Program-made: the position numbers and the translations under genes
The notes under the pieces: generated by a model
Told to the model about the DNA's origin: nothing
What the model saw: the letters and a program-made list of their open reading frames with translations, nothing else
The model's database searches: none
NCBI RefSeq assembly: GCF_024521635.1
Contig: NW_026250404.1
Span: 620,001 to 684,000, forward strand
DNA: 64,000 nt
Direction of reading: 5' to 3'
From: Tricharina praecox
Taxonomy: Eukaryota
Shown: one piece after another, positions 26,932-39,307 of the stretch
Numbering within the stretch: position 1 is the stretch's first letter
Layout: every line of letters begins with the position of its first letter

Positions 26932-28587
26932 CTAAGGTTTGCGATAATTCGACCAATGGCAGTAGCAGCCCCTCTCCTCCGTGCGAATCCCCCGCTTCTC
27001 CGCGATCCCCACCTTCCGCTCGGGAGCACCATCCGCGTCCAGCACCCACGCCGTGACTGTACGCCCAAACTTATCCCCGCCCACACGGTCCTCCCATACA
27101 TCGACGGGCAGGTCCAGCTCTGCCAAGTCATCTCCGGTCTCGACAGTTTTTCCAGCCGTCTGCTTCGTGAAGATTGACACCTTGAAGCGGGTATTGCTCC
27201 ACTGGATCCTGTAACCCGAGTCCGCGGCGGCAACGCCACCCATGTCGCGGCTGTTGGCGAGCCGCGACTCGTTGGCGAACTGCACCGTCTTGTCGAAATA
27301 CACGTGGAAGCCGAAGTGCTCCGTTTCCAGGCCGCGGTCGAACAGTCGCAGCGGCTGGTTGGCGACGGCGAACGGCAGCATGTGCGATTCCTCCCGGATG
27401 ATTTCTCGCTTCGCTGTAGTGCTGGTGTTAGAAGCAGTTTTGGTGATCAGCGTGATGTAGAAGTCCGAGTCCTCGCCTGCGTCGCTGACGCCGTCGACCG
27501 AGGAGACGCTTTCGTAGTCGGTGGTGTTGGGGGCCGAGCGCGGCACGGGGATCCAGTCGCTCTCCGGCCCGGACTCGGAGGTGGCGTCGCGCCGCTTAAT
27601 CACGAACCGGAACTCGGGGACCCTGACGTCGTCGTTCAATGCGGTGGTAGTAGGAACCCGTGTATCGGGCGGCAGGGCGCAGCTCCACTGGTAAGACCTG
27701 GCCACACACGTCGACAGGCGATCCGCGCCGCGGAACGGTCTTACCAGCACCGATCCCAGCGGCAGCGACGGCCCCGTATCCGCACCATCCGCCTGCTCCG
27801 CGGCCGTACCCGAGCTCGCGCTCTCGCTCACGGATTTCTTCCAGTTCCGTGAGCCCACCACACCGCCCACGATCGAAACCACAAGAATCGTAACCACCAG
27901 CACGACGATGAAGCACCACCGCCGCGCCCTGTCGAGCTTGTGCCGCTTCTCCATGCTCATACCTGCTCTTCCCCCAAGCCCAAGAAACCGTCCCCAGCCC
28001 CACCGCCGCTGCCGCGCCTCGTGTCGTCGCCGCGCCTCCTCCCCCGCAGCTTCGCCCCGCAGGTCGTCCAGCGTCACCGTGTTCATCCTCACCCTGCGCG
28101 CTCCAGCCTCCACATCCGGCTCGCTGCGGTGGTAGTGGTGGAACACTCCCCGTCTGGGCGCCCACCGTGCTGCCTCCGGCGGCGAGGGCAGGCGCGGCGG
28201 CTCAACGAAGCGGCTGTAAGGCGGCGGTAGTTCCTCGGGATGTTCTTCTTCGGGCGGAGGTGCGTGCAGGTAGCCCGTCGCCGTGGCCGGGGCTGTGGTG
28301 GACTCCTCCCTCCTGCTGGTTCGACGTGCGCCGGCGTCGCTGCCAGCCTCGAAGCCGAAATTGAATTGCGACATCCGCTGGTGCGCAGCCGCCGCCGCCG
28401 CTGTGGGTGCTGTGGGTGCTGTGGGTGCTGTGGGTGCTGTAGGTGCTGTAGTCGCCGTCGTCGTGAGCTCTTTTTCTAGGTCTTCGTACAGTTGCGATTG
28501 TGTTTGCCGTCGCTGTGGCGGTGGTGGTGAATGTTGCTCTGAGTGGTGGTCGTTTTGGGCGCTCGCGGTGGGGGAGGGGGACGGCAT
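26932..28587 (-). CDS. Single-pass (type II) membrane protein of unknown function, 551 aa
   Basis: ATG at 28587 (MPSPSPT). Disordered N-terminus with PPPY motif (ELPPPYS), TM segment WCFIVVLVVTILVVSIVGGVVG, Cys-containing C-terminal domain (CVARSYQWSC...GCYCHW). Confidence 0.8.
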   Translation of the reverse strand: MPSPSPTASAQNDHHSEQHSPPPPQRRQTQSQLYEDLEKELTTTATTAPTAPTAPTAPTAPTAAAAAAHQRMSQFNFGFEAGSDAGARRTSRREESTTAPATATGYLHAPPPEEEHPEELPPPYSRFVEPPRLPSPPEAARWAPRRGVFHHYHRSEPDVEAGARRVRMNTVTLDDLRGEAAGEEARRRHEARQRRWGWGRFLGLGGRAGMSMEKRHKLDRARRWCFIVVLVVTILVVSIVGGVVGSRNWKKSVSESASSGTAAEQADGADTGPSLPLGSVLVRPFRGADRLSTCVARSYQWSCALPPDTRVPTTTALNDDVRVPEFRFVIKRRDATSESGPESDWIPVPRSAPNTTDYESVSSVDGVSDAGEDSDFYITLITKTASNTSTTAKREIIREESHMLPFAVANQPLRLFDRGLETEHFGFHVYFDKTVQFANESRLANSRDMGGVAAADSGYRIQWSNTRFKVSIFTKQTAGKTVETGDDLAELDLPVDVWEDRVGGDKFGRTVTAWVLDADGAPERKVGIAEKRGIRTEERGCYCHWSNYRKP

Positions 28588-30648
28588 CGTGTGTATGTAT
28601 GAGGTTGGTGGTGTTGGAAGGAAGTGTGGGAGATCGCTGGTGGTGAAATGTTTCCTCCGTGCGTCGGGGAATAGAAGGAGGAGGAGGAAGGAAAACGAAC
28701 AAACGAACCGAATGCCGCGGACCGTCAATAGCCCTCGTGAGCTGAGATGGGATGAGATGGGTTGGGTCGAGTGATTTCGAGCGACAGCAATCACTAGCTA
28801 AAGCCGAATCTCGGGTAGTAGTAATGGGCACTTCAAGTGCGCGTGTGATCGAGATGAATCGGGCGGAGGAGCTGGCCTGCCGAAACTGCTGTACGAGAAA
28901 AGAAAGAAGAAGAAAAAGAAGTGTATATACAAAGTCGATCCGAGCGACTAGAAGGGAGAGGAGGGTGAGGAGATGGACAGGACCACAGCTGTCGACATCA
29001 ACAAAAAAACAAAAACCCGTTTGTTTGGCAGCACGAAGGAAGGAAGGAAAGAAGACAAAACAGAGGAGAACCAAGAGAACCAACACCACCACCGGCAGCA
29101 GCACGGGGGCGCGACAGCGCTCTTTTGACTTCTGCAGGACTCTTGAGCGACCGCCACCGCTGCGGATTTTTTACCGCCCCGACAGAGAGAGAGAGGCTTT
29201 CATTGTCCCTGCCCTGCCCCAGCGGCAAGCGTCAACGTTAGTTAAGGTTAACGTCGACGTCGACGTCGATGTGCGGGCTGTGGCTGGGGATGGTCTATGT
29301 TCTATACTCTAAGCGCCATGCTAGCTAGGAGTCCGAGCTATATACGGTCGACGTCGACATCTTCAACTCCATTTGGCAGGGTGTTTCAGGTTCCTCCCGG
29401 AACGAGCGAGCTCTCCGCGCCTACAGGTGCAACGACCAGATTCCAAGAGGCGGATTCTATGAAGCGAATTCGAAGTGCCTGTCTGCTGGGTCGGAGCATA
29501 CGTACCGTGCGATACGATGTGCGCTTGGAGGTACGTAGTGTACTTCGTACCGGTACTCTACATAGCGTTAGGTACCTACGGTAGGTGGGAGGTGCGATGC
29601 CTTATGTATGCTACGTCGTAGGTATGTAGCAACGACTATCCCTCTCATCCTCTCATCCCCCTCATCCCCCTCATTCATCCCTCTCATCCCCTCCTCCCCC
29701 CAATGCGCACGCCTGCACTGCCCAAATGGGATCCAGATAGGACGCGAAATCGACCCCTCACATTCCCGAAGCGTTCCTGGTGGATCGCTGCACATCATAC
29801 CTACAAGTTGTAACCTGCAGCCGCAGTTCCAAAATAGCCCACCGGCGATCGGATATGTTTCATGTTTCAAGTTTTTCAGCCCAGGATTTCGAATTTGCGT
29901 TACAGATTCAGATTTCAGATTTCAGATTCCAGTCGAGACTTGCTCGGGAGTCGGGACGGGGTACTAGTTTGTAAAGGAACGTTGCACGTGGATTTATTTA
30001 GGCATGGCGGCGGCGTGTTCTGTGAGCACTGAGGAAGAATAATATCTCTCTCTCGTTCACCGCCACTCTTGAGTCTTGAACCGACCTCCGTCCAAAACTC
30101 TTCATGACTCTGCCATGCTGACACAACACAACACAACACAACACACACACACACACGCACGCACACGTGCAATATGGAAACAAAAACCCAACACAAAACC
30201 AACTCGCCATCTATATAGTAATAACCCATTCCGCCCCGATCGCCGCCCGTATACCGACTATTTTTAAAAAGAGACAAGAGCCGAAAGAAAAAGAACAAGT
30301 TGAAGCCGCTTCCATTTCTCCCTCCCGAGTCCCCCCTAGATACCAGATCATACCGTCCCATGAGTAGACAGGAGATATATAAACAAACTGGCAGCCCAGC
30401 CCAGTCGAGCCCCCGAATCTACTTGTAGCTAACTGACTAAGTAAGCGTCGTGGTCATCATTACGCTGCAAACTACACAGCAGTTATTTTGTTGTTGTCTC
30501 TCTCTCGGCTTTTCTAAAGCATCATCCTAAACCAGAAGAAAAAAAGTTTTAAAACACAAATAAAGAAAAAGAAAAAAAAAGTCACAAAAGAAATGAAGAA
30601 AGAAAAGAAAAGAAAAAGAAAAAAAACTTCAAAAACCACCACTTCAAA

Positions 30649-32247
30649 TCAGAAGTGCCGGCTCCACCACCCTCGATTCAGCTTCTCGCTCACTTTGCGA
30701 TAGCTAGCCATTTCTCCCCAACAGTCGCGACCCCACTCGCAGCCGGCCATGTTGACGACAAAGTCTCGATCCTTCTCGTTGTAGAAGATCCGCGGGTCGT
30801 TGGGAGTGTCGGAACACGCGCCGGGAGGGAACGAGTTGATCATTCGCTGGGGGATGAAAGCGGTGCCGGTTCGGATCCAGGGCTGGTGGGCGTAGAGGTA
30901 TTCCTAGTGTAGTGTCAGTACTGCCGATTCATTTCGCACGAAACGTTGTTTCGGAGGTAATCTACCAGAGTGTCCTGTTCCTTGTGTTCCCACTCCATGT
31001 GCTTCTGCTCGTATCCAACAGGATCCCACCAGATATCGAGCAGTCGCTCGCTGAACTCGGATCGTTTGATGAAGAAGCTGCCGAGGTTGAAACCACCACA
31101 GTCCTGGGGAACAATGATATTGATGCTCTCCGCCTTGTCATCTCCGACCGGCGACCTCGAAACATCGTCGACGTAGAAGAATTCGTCTTTTGGCAGGGGG
31201 TGAGTGATGTTCAACGGATTGTAAACGTTGATGTCGCGGTAGGTGACGTTCTGGAGGTTGCTGAAGATGTGGGATTGGAGCGAGATCGAGGGCTCCATGA
31301 TGAACGTGTGCAGATCCATCCACCAGAACCTATATTCCCCGTCCCACCAGTCAGCTGCTGAATACCGCCTGCCGCCGCCGCCGGTGCTTGCTCGCGCGAG
31401 ATGATGCTCACCATTCAGCCTTGGGGTACTGTCGCATGGTCTGCTTGATGACATCGACCTTCTCCCAACTCTCTCGCCACTCGTGAGCATAACGCTTCTT
31501 GGTGCTCATGTCCTTGATCTCGAGGTGATATCCCCATCTCTCGGCATAGGCCTTCTTGTTCGCGATGGAATCCCTCTCCACAGCCCACTCCTTGGCACCC
31601 TTCCACGTCATGACACCACCTCCCTGATTCGCGGCCAAGATGATAACGAACTTGGAGCCACCGCTCGCCGCTCGCAGTCGATTCGATAAGGGATTGTGAT
31701 GCAGGCGCAAAAACGTCCACAGTAGCAATCCGACGAGCAGCAGAAAGAACGACGTTAGCCGGGGTCTCCGGGACACAGTAGCCCTCGCCCGGTAGAAGAA
31801 TCCACCCCCACCTCGACCGTAGGGGGTCGTCGGCGTGAAGCCCACCGGTGGTGACATGGGATTGCGATTGTATTTCGGTAACGAGGTGGACAGCTTCCGC
31901 AGATGCTTCCCCAGGAATTTACGTGCGCCGGGAGCGTAGCCGTTCCCGCCCCCGCCGTACTTTGCTGACCAACCATCGCCCGTCGCGGCCCTGTTGGCCG
32001 GGGAATGAGAGCGAGAGATGGGGAGCACCGGCGCGGGAGAGGCCGATCGGGAGCCCTCGGCGCCGTCCGTACCCCAGAACGTTGACCCGTTCCCCATGGG
32101 CGTATGTGGAATCGGTGGAAGCGTGTGCTGCAACTGCGATGTGCCACTCGAGATGGACGACGACGATGGCGGGTGGAAGTTGAGGTCAGGGGGTCCCGAG
32201 TTGCTACCGATGGTAGAGCGGCGACGGGCGCGTCCTAGAGAAGCCAC
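30649..32247 (-). CDS. MNN10: GT34 glycosyltransferase, Mnn10-like alpha-1,6-mannosyltransferase subunit, ~484 aa
   Basis: Exons 32247-31412, 31329-30966 and 30903-30649. TM anchor; motifs RYAHEWRESWEKVD, EWFWWMDLHTFIMEP, QDCGGFNLGSF, WEHKEQD, DFVVNMAGCEWGRDCW. Confidence 0.9.
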
Positions 32248-35048
32248 GACTGCGGAAGGAGTTTAAACGGGGTGTGGGTGTTTTTTTTTTGGGTTGGCAA
32301 GCAATCGCCTTCTCCTGCACCTATTACTACCACGCAACACGAGTTCAGCCTTCGGCACCTCCCTTGCAAGCTTACTCCGACCGTCTCTGTTCCCCCACCC
32401 ACGCCCTTGAATTCCGACCTTCAAAGGCTGCAAAGCAAAGCAGAAACGAACAGGAACGGCCCCCGCATGCGGCAAGCGGGAGTAAGATGAGGATTGTGTG
32501 ATCTCAGAGAGTGGAAACGGGTTATGTACTGTGTTGTGTTTTGTGAAGATGTGAGGGGAGGGTAGGGGAAATTCGCAGGGAGGGGGTCGGGGGGTATCCC
32601 GCTCACAGCAGGGTTGGGTCGGGGGTGTCTGCTCCAGATCATCGCGGCACAGAGTGTCCAAGTACGTACTCTACGACACGGCCCAACCACAAAACAACAG
32701 GGGAAGCGTCCGAGGGGGCCGATTATTACGTTCGCCAGACGGAAATCGGCATCGGAAGGCAGCGGATGAAAACAGAACAAGACAGATAGCATGGAACATC
32801 CACCCACCACAGAAGAGAAACCGGACAGAAACCGGACGGACAGTGACAGCTGGTGTCCGAAGCGGCAGCGATTCCAAGAGACCAACCGACTTTGCCAAGA
32901 CGGATGCGAGCTTCGAATAGGTATTCAGGTAACACAGGCGCTTTTTTCCGGACGCGTCGGATCAACAAGTGTGCGACCAGGCTGTTTTCTGGGTAAAGAC
33001 AGTATACGCGTTGAAATCCCTTGCTTTTGAATTGCGCTCTCCCTTCGACTCTGTGCGCGGCGGTGGTGGCGGTGGTGGCGGTGGTGGCGGCAATACGGTC
33101 TTGCCAGGTGGTCTCGCGCTCGCTGATGCGAATGGGCACCGTGGGATGGATTGACCGGTCTGTTCGATTGAGGACGGGATCTGCGATCGAATGGAAGCGG
33201 AAACGGAAGCGGAAGCTGGAGGCGGGACGCGGTGGCAGGCGATGTCGCAGTGTCGATTTGATTCGCTTCGTTGCTCGTGATGCGTTCTGCGGGAGTGCGA
33301 CGACGGTGAATCCGAACCAAGGGGCAACGATGTGGGAAGAGGAAGAGACGGGAGAGATACGGCATGTAGTTGACACATCTTACTCTGAGCTATGCGCACG
33401 CACACCATTGCCAGTCTCCTTAGCACCAGGTAGATCCCTTTCCAAGCCTTTGGGAGAGGCAATCGGGAGCCAACGGACGTGGGCCCACTGCACAGACTCT
33501 CAGCTACCAGTTGCTAGTAGACTTCACTTCGCTCTCCACAACTACCATGCAAATAGGTGGCTCGCCTGCGGCATGTGCTCGCTGCTTACTATGATACTTG
33601 CCGTCTGTTGCTGGTCATTAATGTTCGCAGCACTCGCCAACACAAGTAAGCATACTCTATATTAGATGATGAGCAGCGTGCCTGGTGAGCCGTGATCTAG
33701 CAAGGTCGACTGCCATGACGATCAAACAAATAACATAGAAAGAGAAAGAGCGGCGTGCCTGAGGTCATTTCCACTCCAACTGTAGAGTGCAGAGTGGCAG
33801 GAGGCGTCTTGGCTACATACTTAAGATGTAGGCATGCAAGGCACCTACGGTATATCTTCGCGATGCCCCTCTTCGTTCTCTTCGTGCTCTTCGCCTTCCG
33901 CTTCTCCCGAAACGCTAACTATAATGGCATCAACCTTCTTGTGCCCCCAGAATCCCATGCGAGAACCACCCAGCCGCAGCATCCAGCGCGTTCAATGTAG
34001 AGCACCGACCGGCAACCCATGGAGATCCATTCGACGCCACAAAACTCCTTGCCAAGCTGCCTGTCCCGAATAGGGTCTAGAATTCACCACGATGACCGTT
34101 GACCACGATGACCGTTGACCACATCTCCTCGGTGCATCTTGAACAAACAACCACCGGAAATCTTGCGGGGCTGGCCGCTGCCCTCCCGTGTCCGCATCGC
34201 AATATGACGATCTATTCGATCTGGAGAACAAATAGCGACCCCAAAACCCCTACCCTGCTGCTAATCCAGGGTACTATACACAAAACGTGAGAACACAATC
34301 GATAGATGGTAGCTACCGCAAACCACGTCGAGGACAGCTCTTCGGTTGGAATAAGCTTTTCCACGGGATTCACCGAGAGAAGCTCGTCACTTGTGTATGT
34401 AATAGAGTGGTGGGGCACATCGAGCACGTAGGGCTGAATCTAAAGCCCAAGCCTCAGGAGTTAACCGTTGAGCTGAACATGGTGAGCTCCGGTACGTTGG
34501 CTCTCAAGAAACCTGGAAAGAGACTCGCTCATTTCCAAGTGCCCCCAGTGATTGCCAGGTTCAGACCGAACTTCCGGTGACTGCCATTCGTGCTCGCCTC
34601 TACTGGTAAAGATACGTACCACCAAAGCACTGCCTTTAACTACCGTCATCGAAGCTGCCAGCTTCGTTCCGAATTGCCTTTTCTCCACCTACCTTCCCAC
34701 CCATCCTCCTATCGAACCTACCGGATCCACAGCTACTCGCCGTAGGAATCCCATGCATATCAACCGGTCCTAGACACTCCCACTCAAGATGACGAAACTC
34801 ATACAGACCCGCTTCTTCAACCACCCCAGTCGCGGCAAGCTCCAAGTCTGCCGCAGAAATTCGTCCGTCTCGAAACCCGTAACTCAAGTCTCAACCTTCA
34901 TGAAGAGCTCCAACTCGATCCTCCTCCCCACGCTTTCATAACCCGTCCCTCACCCAGCTGTCTCTCACCTCCCCTCCATCCCCCGACTCCAAGTGGTAAA
35001 CCCTCATCTCCAGAATCTCTGGCTAAAATATACCTACAAAATCATATC

Positions 35049-35462
35049 ATGTACCCGCTCACCCTCTTCGGCCTCTTGGCCCTCACCCTCCTCAGCAGAA
35101 CGCTCGCATCACCCCTCCCCCTCCGACTCCTCGCCCTCATCGGCAGCACCATCGCATCACCCGACCCCATCCCCGTCCCAGTCCCCATCTCCCTCCCCAT
35201 CCCCCATAGTCCCCCCCGCCCCCTCCCCATCCCCATCCCCTCAGCCCCTTCTTCCCCACCCATAAAAACTCCCCTCTGCACCCCCTCGCCCTCGCACCCC
35301 ACGTACCCCATGCACCCCCCGCCCCCCGCCGGTCCCAGCCAAATGGGCAGGGGCAATATGACGCTCTCTGGGGCCAAGGGCGAGTACGTCATTGAGCTTC
35401 CGACGCATCTGGGAGTGCTGTGGGAGGTTTGTTTGAGTGAGGGGAGGGCGTTTTGGGGGTAG
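35049..35462 (+). CDS. Putative small secreted Pro-rich protein, 137 aa
   Basis: Signal-peptide-like start MYPLTLFGLLALTLLSRTLA-SP followed by a (P/I)-rich tract. Low complexity, so it may be a chance ORF. Confidence 0.4.
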   Translation: MYPLTLFGLLALTLLSRTLASPLPLRLLALIGSTIASPDPIPVPVPISLPIPHSPPRPLPIPIPSAPSSPPIKTPLCTPSPSHPTYPMHPPPPAGPSQMGRGNMTLSGAKGEYVIELPTHLGVLWEVCLSEGRAFWG

Positions 35463-36520
35463 GTTGTGGGTAGGAGATGGCGGAGGGAGGGGGTGGGTAT
35501 AGAGTAGAGTAGAGTAGTGGGTTGGAAGCTAGAAGGATGGAACTGGATATATGTACTGCCTGGGGGATAGTAGTCGAGCATTATTTTCGAGGTAGAGTTG
35601 GAAACATGACTCGATAGTATAGACCGGTAATACCGTTGTTTACTGTAGTTATACCTAGTAGTCCGCGCCCTCCACTCCACGATGCGTCCACGCTGTCCTC
35701 TTTCTTACATGACTGCCCCGAGTTCCAAGGGACTAGAATAGTACCGATTAGAGAAGAGGCGGCTTGAAGCTTCAAGATTTTCCTTCCATTCGATGAGCTA
35801 CCAGTAGGATCCATTATTCCAACGAACGGCCAACCGCAGTCAACACTACCCTTGCCCCCTCCCCTTCCTCCGTCTCCTTATGAACTTCTCTACCCACAAG
35901 ATCTTCTACTGGCTCTTCCAACGGTAATGATGGAGCTTTTTTAAGGTTTAATCATTGATGAAATAACGGAGCGATACATTCTATGGTCATAACACAACAC
36001 CGAGTGATCAGTCATGACAACCAGACGCCCATATCACAGTGTTGGGCGGTACCCCTGTTATACGGACGATGGCATGGCACGACATCACACGAACGACAAC
36101 GAGAACCAAGATCCGCAACAGCAATAGATATCTTCAAGTGCTCGACAGACATAAAGAAACGCTTCCAACACCCCGCCCCCCATCCCTGACCATACACACA
36201 TACAAGCACGCAAAAACTAAAGCTGGTTAGAGTACGAAATACAAGTAAAGAATCGAAAGAATCGAAAGAAAAAAAAAACCCCGCCTCAAACTACAGTGGG
36301 TGACGGAGGAAAGGTATAATCAATGGAACAGCACAGATGATGGAGCGGCATAAAGATAGAAACTTTTGTAACAAAATCCACCCCGCAGCAACAAACAGAG
36401 AAGTGAATGTGATTCGCCCGATATGCCCCGTTTCCACCCTTCTAGTAGACAAAAAAACACCTCGATGAAGCTTTGAAGTTCGTCAACACTTCATCGAATC
36501 ATCCTGACCTCTTCTGCAAC

Positions 36521-37966
36521 TTAGTTGTTGTAGTGGTCGGTGTTCCTGTTCCCGCGGTAGCCAGACTTGGGTTGCTGGGGGGCGTTGCTAGAACCCGAAT
36601 CCTTGTCGAAGACGCTGTAGGGGTTGGCAACCGCCTTGCTCATCCCCTGACCGTTACCAGCAATGCGGATACCGGTGGTGGTCTTCTCGCTACCGAACTG
36701 CGAATAGAAGTCGTGCTGGTCGTCCTGTTCTTCCTGCTGCTGCTGACGCCCCTGATTGCCACGAGTGGGCTTGTCGGCGGGAGAGTTGTCACCGATATCG
36801 AAGTGGTGAGCGTTGGCACGACGACCGTTAGTAACGTTCGACAGAACAGAACCGCGTTGGGCATTGGACTCGTCGTCATCATCTTCCGGGTAAGCGAAGG
36901 AACGGAGGTTGCGGTTGGTTTGCGGCTTCCTCTTCTCAGGGGTGGCGTAGTCGTCGTTACCCCAGGCACCGCTCGTAGGCATGGCGTTCTTTCCTTGCTT
37001 TCTGGATTGAATCTCGGCTTCCTCCTCGTCGCCCGCGGTACCGAACTCGAAGTGAGAGTAGTTGGAGTTCTTGCCGTGGTTTCCTCCCTGCGCATTCGGC
37101 TTCTTAATGGGTTCTTCTTCTTGGTTCGTGTGTCTGCCCATATCGTACGTCTGTCCCTGAGAGAAAGAACCACGTGATTTAGGAGGCACGACGGCCTGGG
37201 CAGGCTCCTGCTGCTCCTCAGCTGAGTTGAAGAGATGAAGCGATGCGTGGGGGTCGCGTGTGGCGCTCTCGGGACCCTTAGAGCGCGATCGAGGCTCGGC
37301 CGTCTCCGGAACACCTCCGCCAAGGGAGGTAGAAGATGCCTGGCGAGCGACTGACTCGTAGATCATCTTGACCTGCTCGCCACCGTCCTTGATGGGCCAG
37401 TTGCGACCGGTACGACCGATGACACCGAGTTGCTTCAGAAGGTTCGCTTGGTCCCAGTAGAGGCGAACTTCCTTAATACGACCATGGCTGAAATTGACAA
37501 TGTGGACCTGCAAGGGACAATAGAGTTAGTTGAAACAATCACGTGAAATTCGCCCTTCGCGTAACCGCGTATGGTAGCATGCACATAGGTACTTGGACCA
37601 TAAGTAGTGGCGAACCAAAACGATAACAAAGGAGATAAGGAAAGGAAAACGTACAACAGGGAAGCGCAGGATGTGGTCAGCAAGGAAGTTGTCATCCAGG
37701 CCGGGCAGCCAGTTCGCGCCACTGGTGAGGAACTCGATTTCGGTCTCAATCTCCAAAACAAGAGAGTCGCTGGTCTCGACGGAAGCCAGAACCTTCTCGA
37801 CGCGCTTCTTGAGCTGACTCAGGTTCTCGCGTTTTAGCTGCTTGACGATCGCATCAGGGCCGTTGACAGAGATGGCGGTGGTGATGTAGTGGAAGGTGAT
37901 GGCAGGGTCGAGCTGATCAATGTTCGGGGCACTCAGAAACCGGGTGTAGATCTTCTGAAGAGACAT
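36521..37966 (-). CDS. NTF2-like domain protein with disordered C-terminus, ~432 aa
   Basis: Exons 37966-37655 and 37507-36521, in frame. Conserved fungal motif WLPGLDDNFLAD...VHIVNF...IKEVRLYWDQANLLKQLGVIGRTGRNWPI. Confidence 0.8.
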
Positions 37967-39307
37967 CTTTTTGAGAATTGGAGTTTGTGTGGTTTTAGTT
38001 TTTTGAACGACAGGAGCTGGTACAAACGCGGGGCTCGATGCGCGTGTGGGGGGGAAGGAGTCGGAGGGGTAGTTTAGTGTGAAGGGAGACTCGAGAGGAG
38101 GAGAAGTCGAAGTAAAAGCTACAAGCAAGTAGCGATTATTGACGGAAGAGGCGATGAGGGAAGGTTGTAGAAGGAGGAGGGGATGGGGGAGAAGGGTGGA
38201 CGTGGAAATAGAAATTCTGGGGGGAAGGATCAGTGGTGGTGGCGGTGGTCGAAAAGGAGTGAAAGTACGCACGTCCACCGTTCTGTGGTCTGTGCATACC
38301 GGCATCCGTGTTGGTTGGGGCTAGGACCAAGCAGCTCCGCAATTAGTCATCTTCGTCTTCGGTGGTCACTCAGCGGATAGGAATCAAAGAGATTCCGCTA
38401 GAGAGGAATGTTTGTGCTACTCATAACGCTGATATCTATTCTGTATCAGATGATCGAATTGGAGATGATCTGATAGAAAATAGATATCGGTGACACGAGG
38501 ATAATGGAGTGAAGACGGACATGTACGTTGTAACTGCCATGATCTGATAAGGCCGAATGCGAAGATGATAAATAAAATAAAGATAAACAAAGGAATTTTT
38601 GCGCTCTCACCCAGACGGTGAGCGTGAGAGGTGAGGTAACCGCACCGAGCCAGTGATCCGGACTATGGATAGGAAAATGGATAAAATGTACGCCGCCATA
38701 GTCTTTATTCTAGGAAGATCAAATGCGAATATGATAAAACCAAAAAAAAAGGAATAGATATTGCGCTTGGTAAACCATTGTGTACTAGTGCTAGTACTCT
38801 AACGCTGCTAGACATTCCTATGTCGGCCGACGGTAAGGGTTGCCCGGTTCATGTGAGAGCACTCGGAACAGTACACCCCACCACGAAACCTTTTCAGTTC
38901 TAAGTGTAGATATCAGTAATCAAGTACTACTTACGACGAAGAAAGTGTTTTGTTTTTGTCTTTGTGTATGCAGAGGTTTTCGTCCTGGTGAGTACTGGTA
39001 TGGGGTTTCTGGTATACGTGGGACTGTCAATGTCAATGGCTCTGTTAATGTCAATGGCTCGCCAGCCTCAAGAGACATCATGCCGTGAGCTCAATTTTAT
39101 TGTGGTATTCTTTCACATAACCCTAGTTTTGGCACTGTGTGATTTATATTGCACCACCACAAACTTCCCGCTCACAACACATACTTCTTACTCAAGTACA
39201 CACCTCCATAAAACCGCCATTCCCTTGACTTTGGTTCGATTTGGCTCCTACGAAGCAATAGCAGCAACAGCAACAGTATCGAACCACCTTTTCTACATCA
39301 GCTGAAG

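Noticed and set aside
33900..34990. Protein-like fragments with a 16-bp duplication at ~34087-34122
   Set aside because: Removing the duplication does not restore a long ORF and several stops remain. No support for a pseudogene call or for stop-codon editing.
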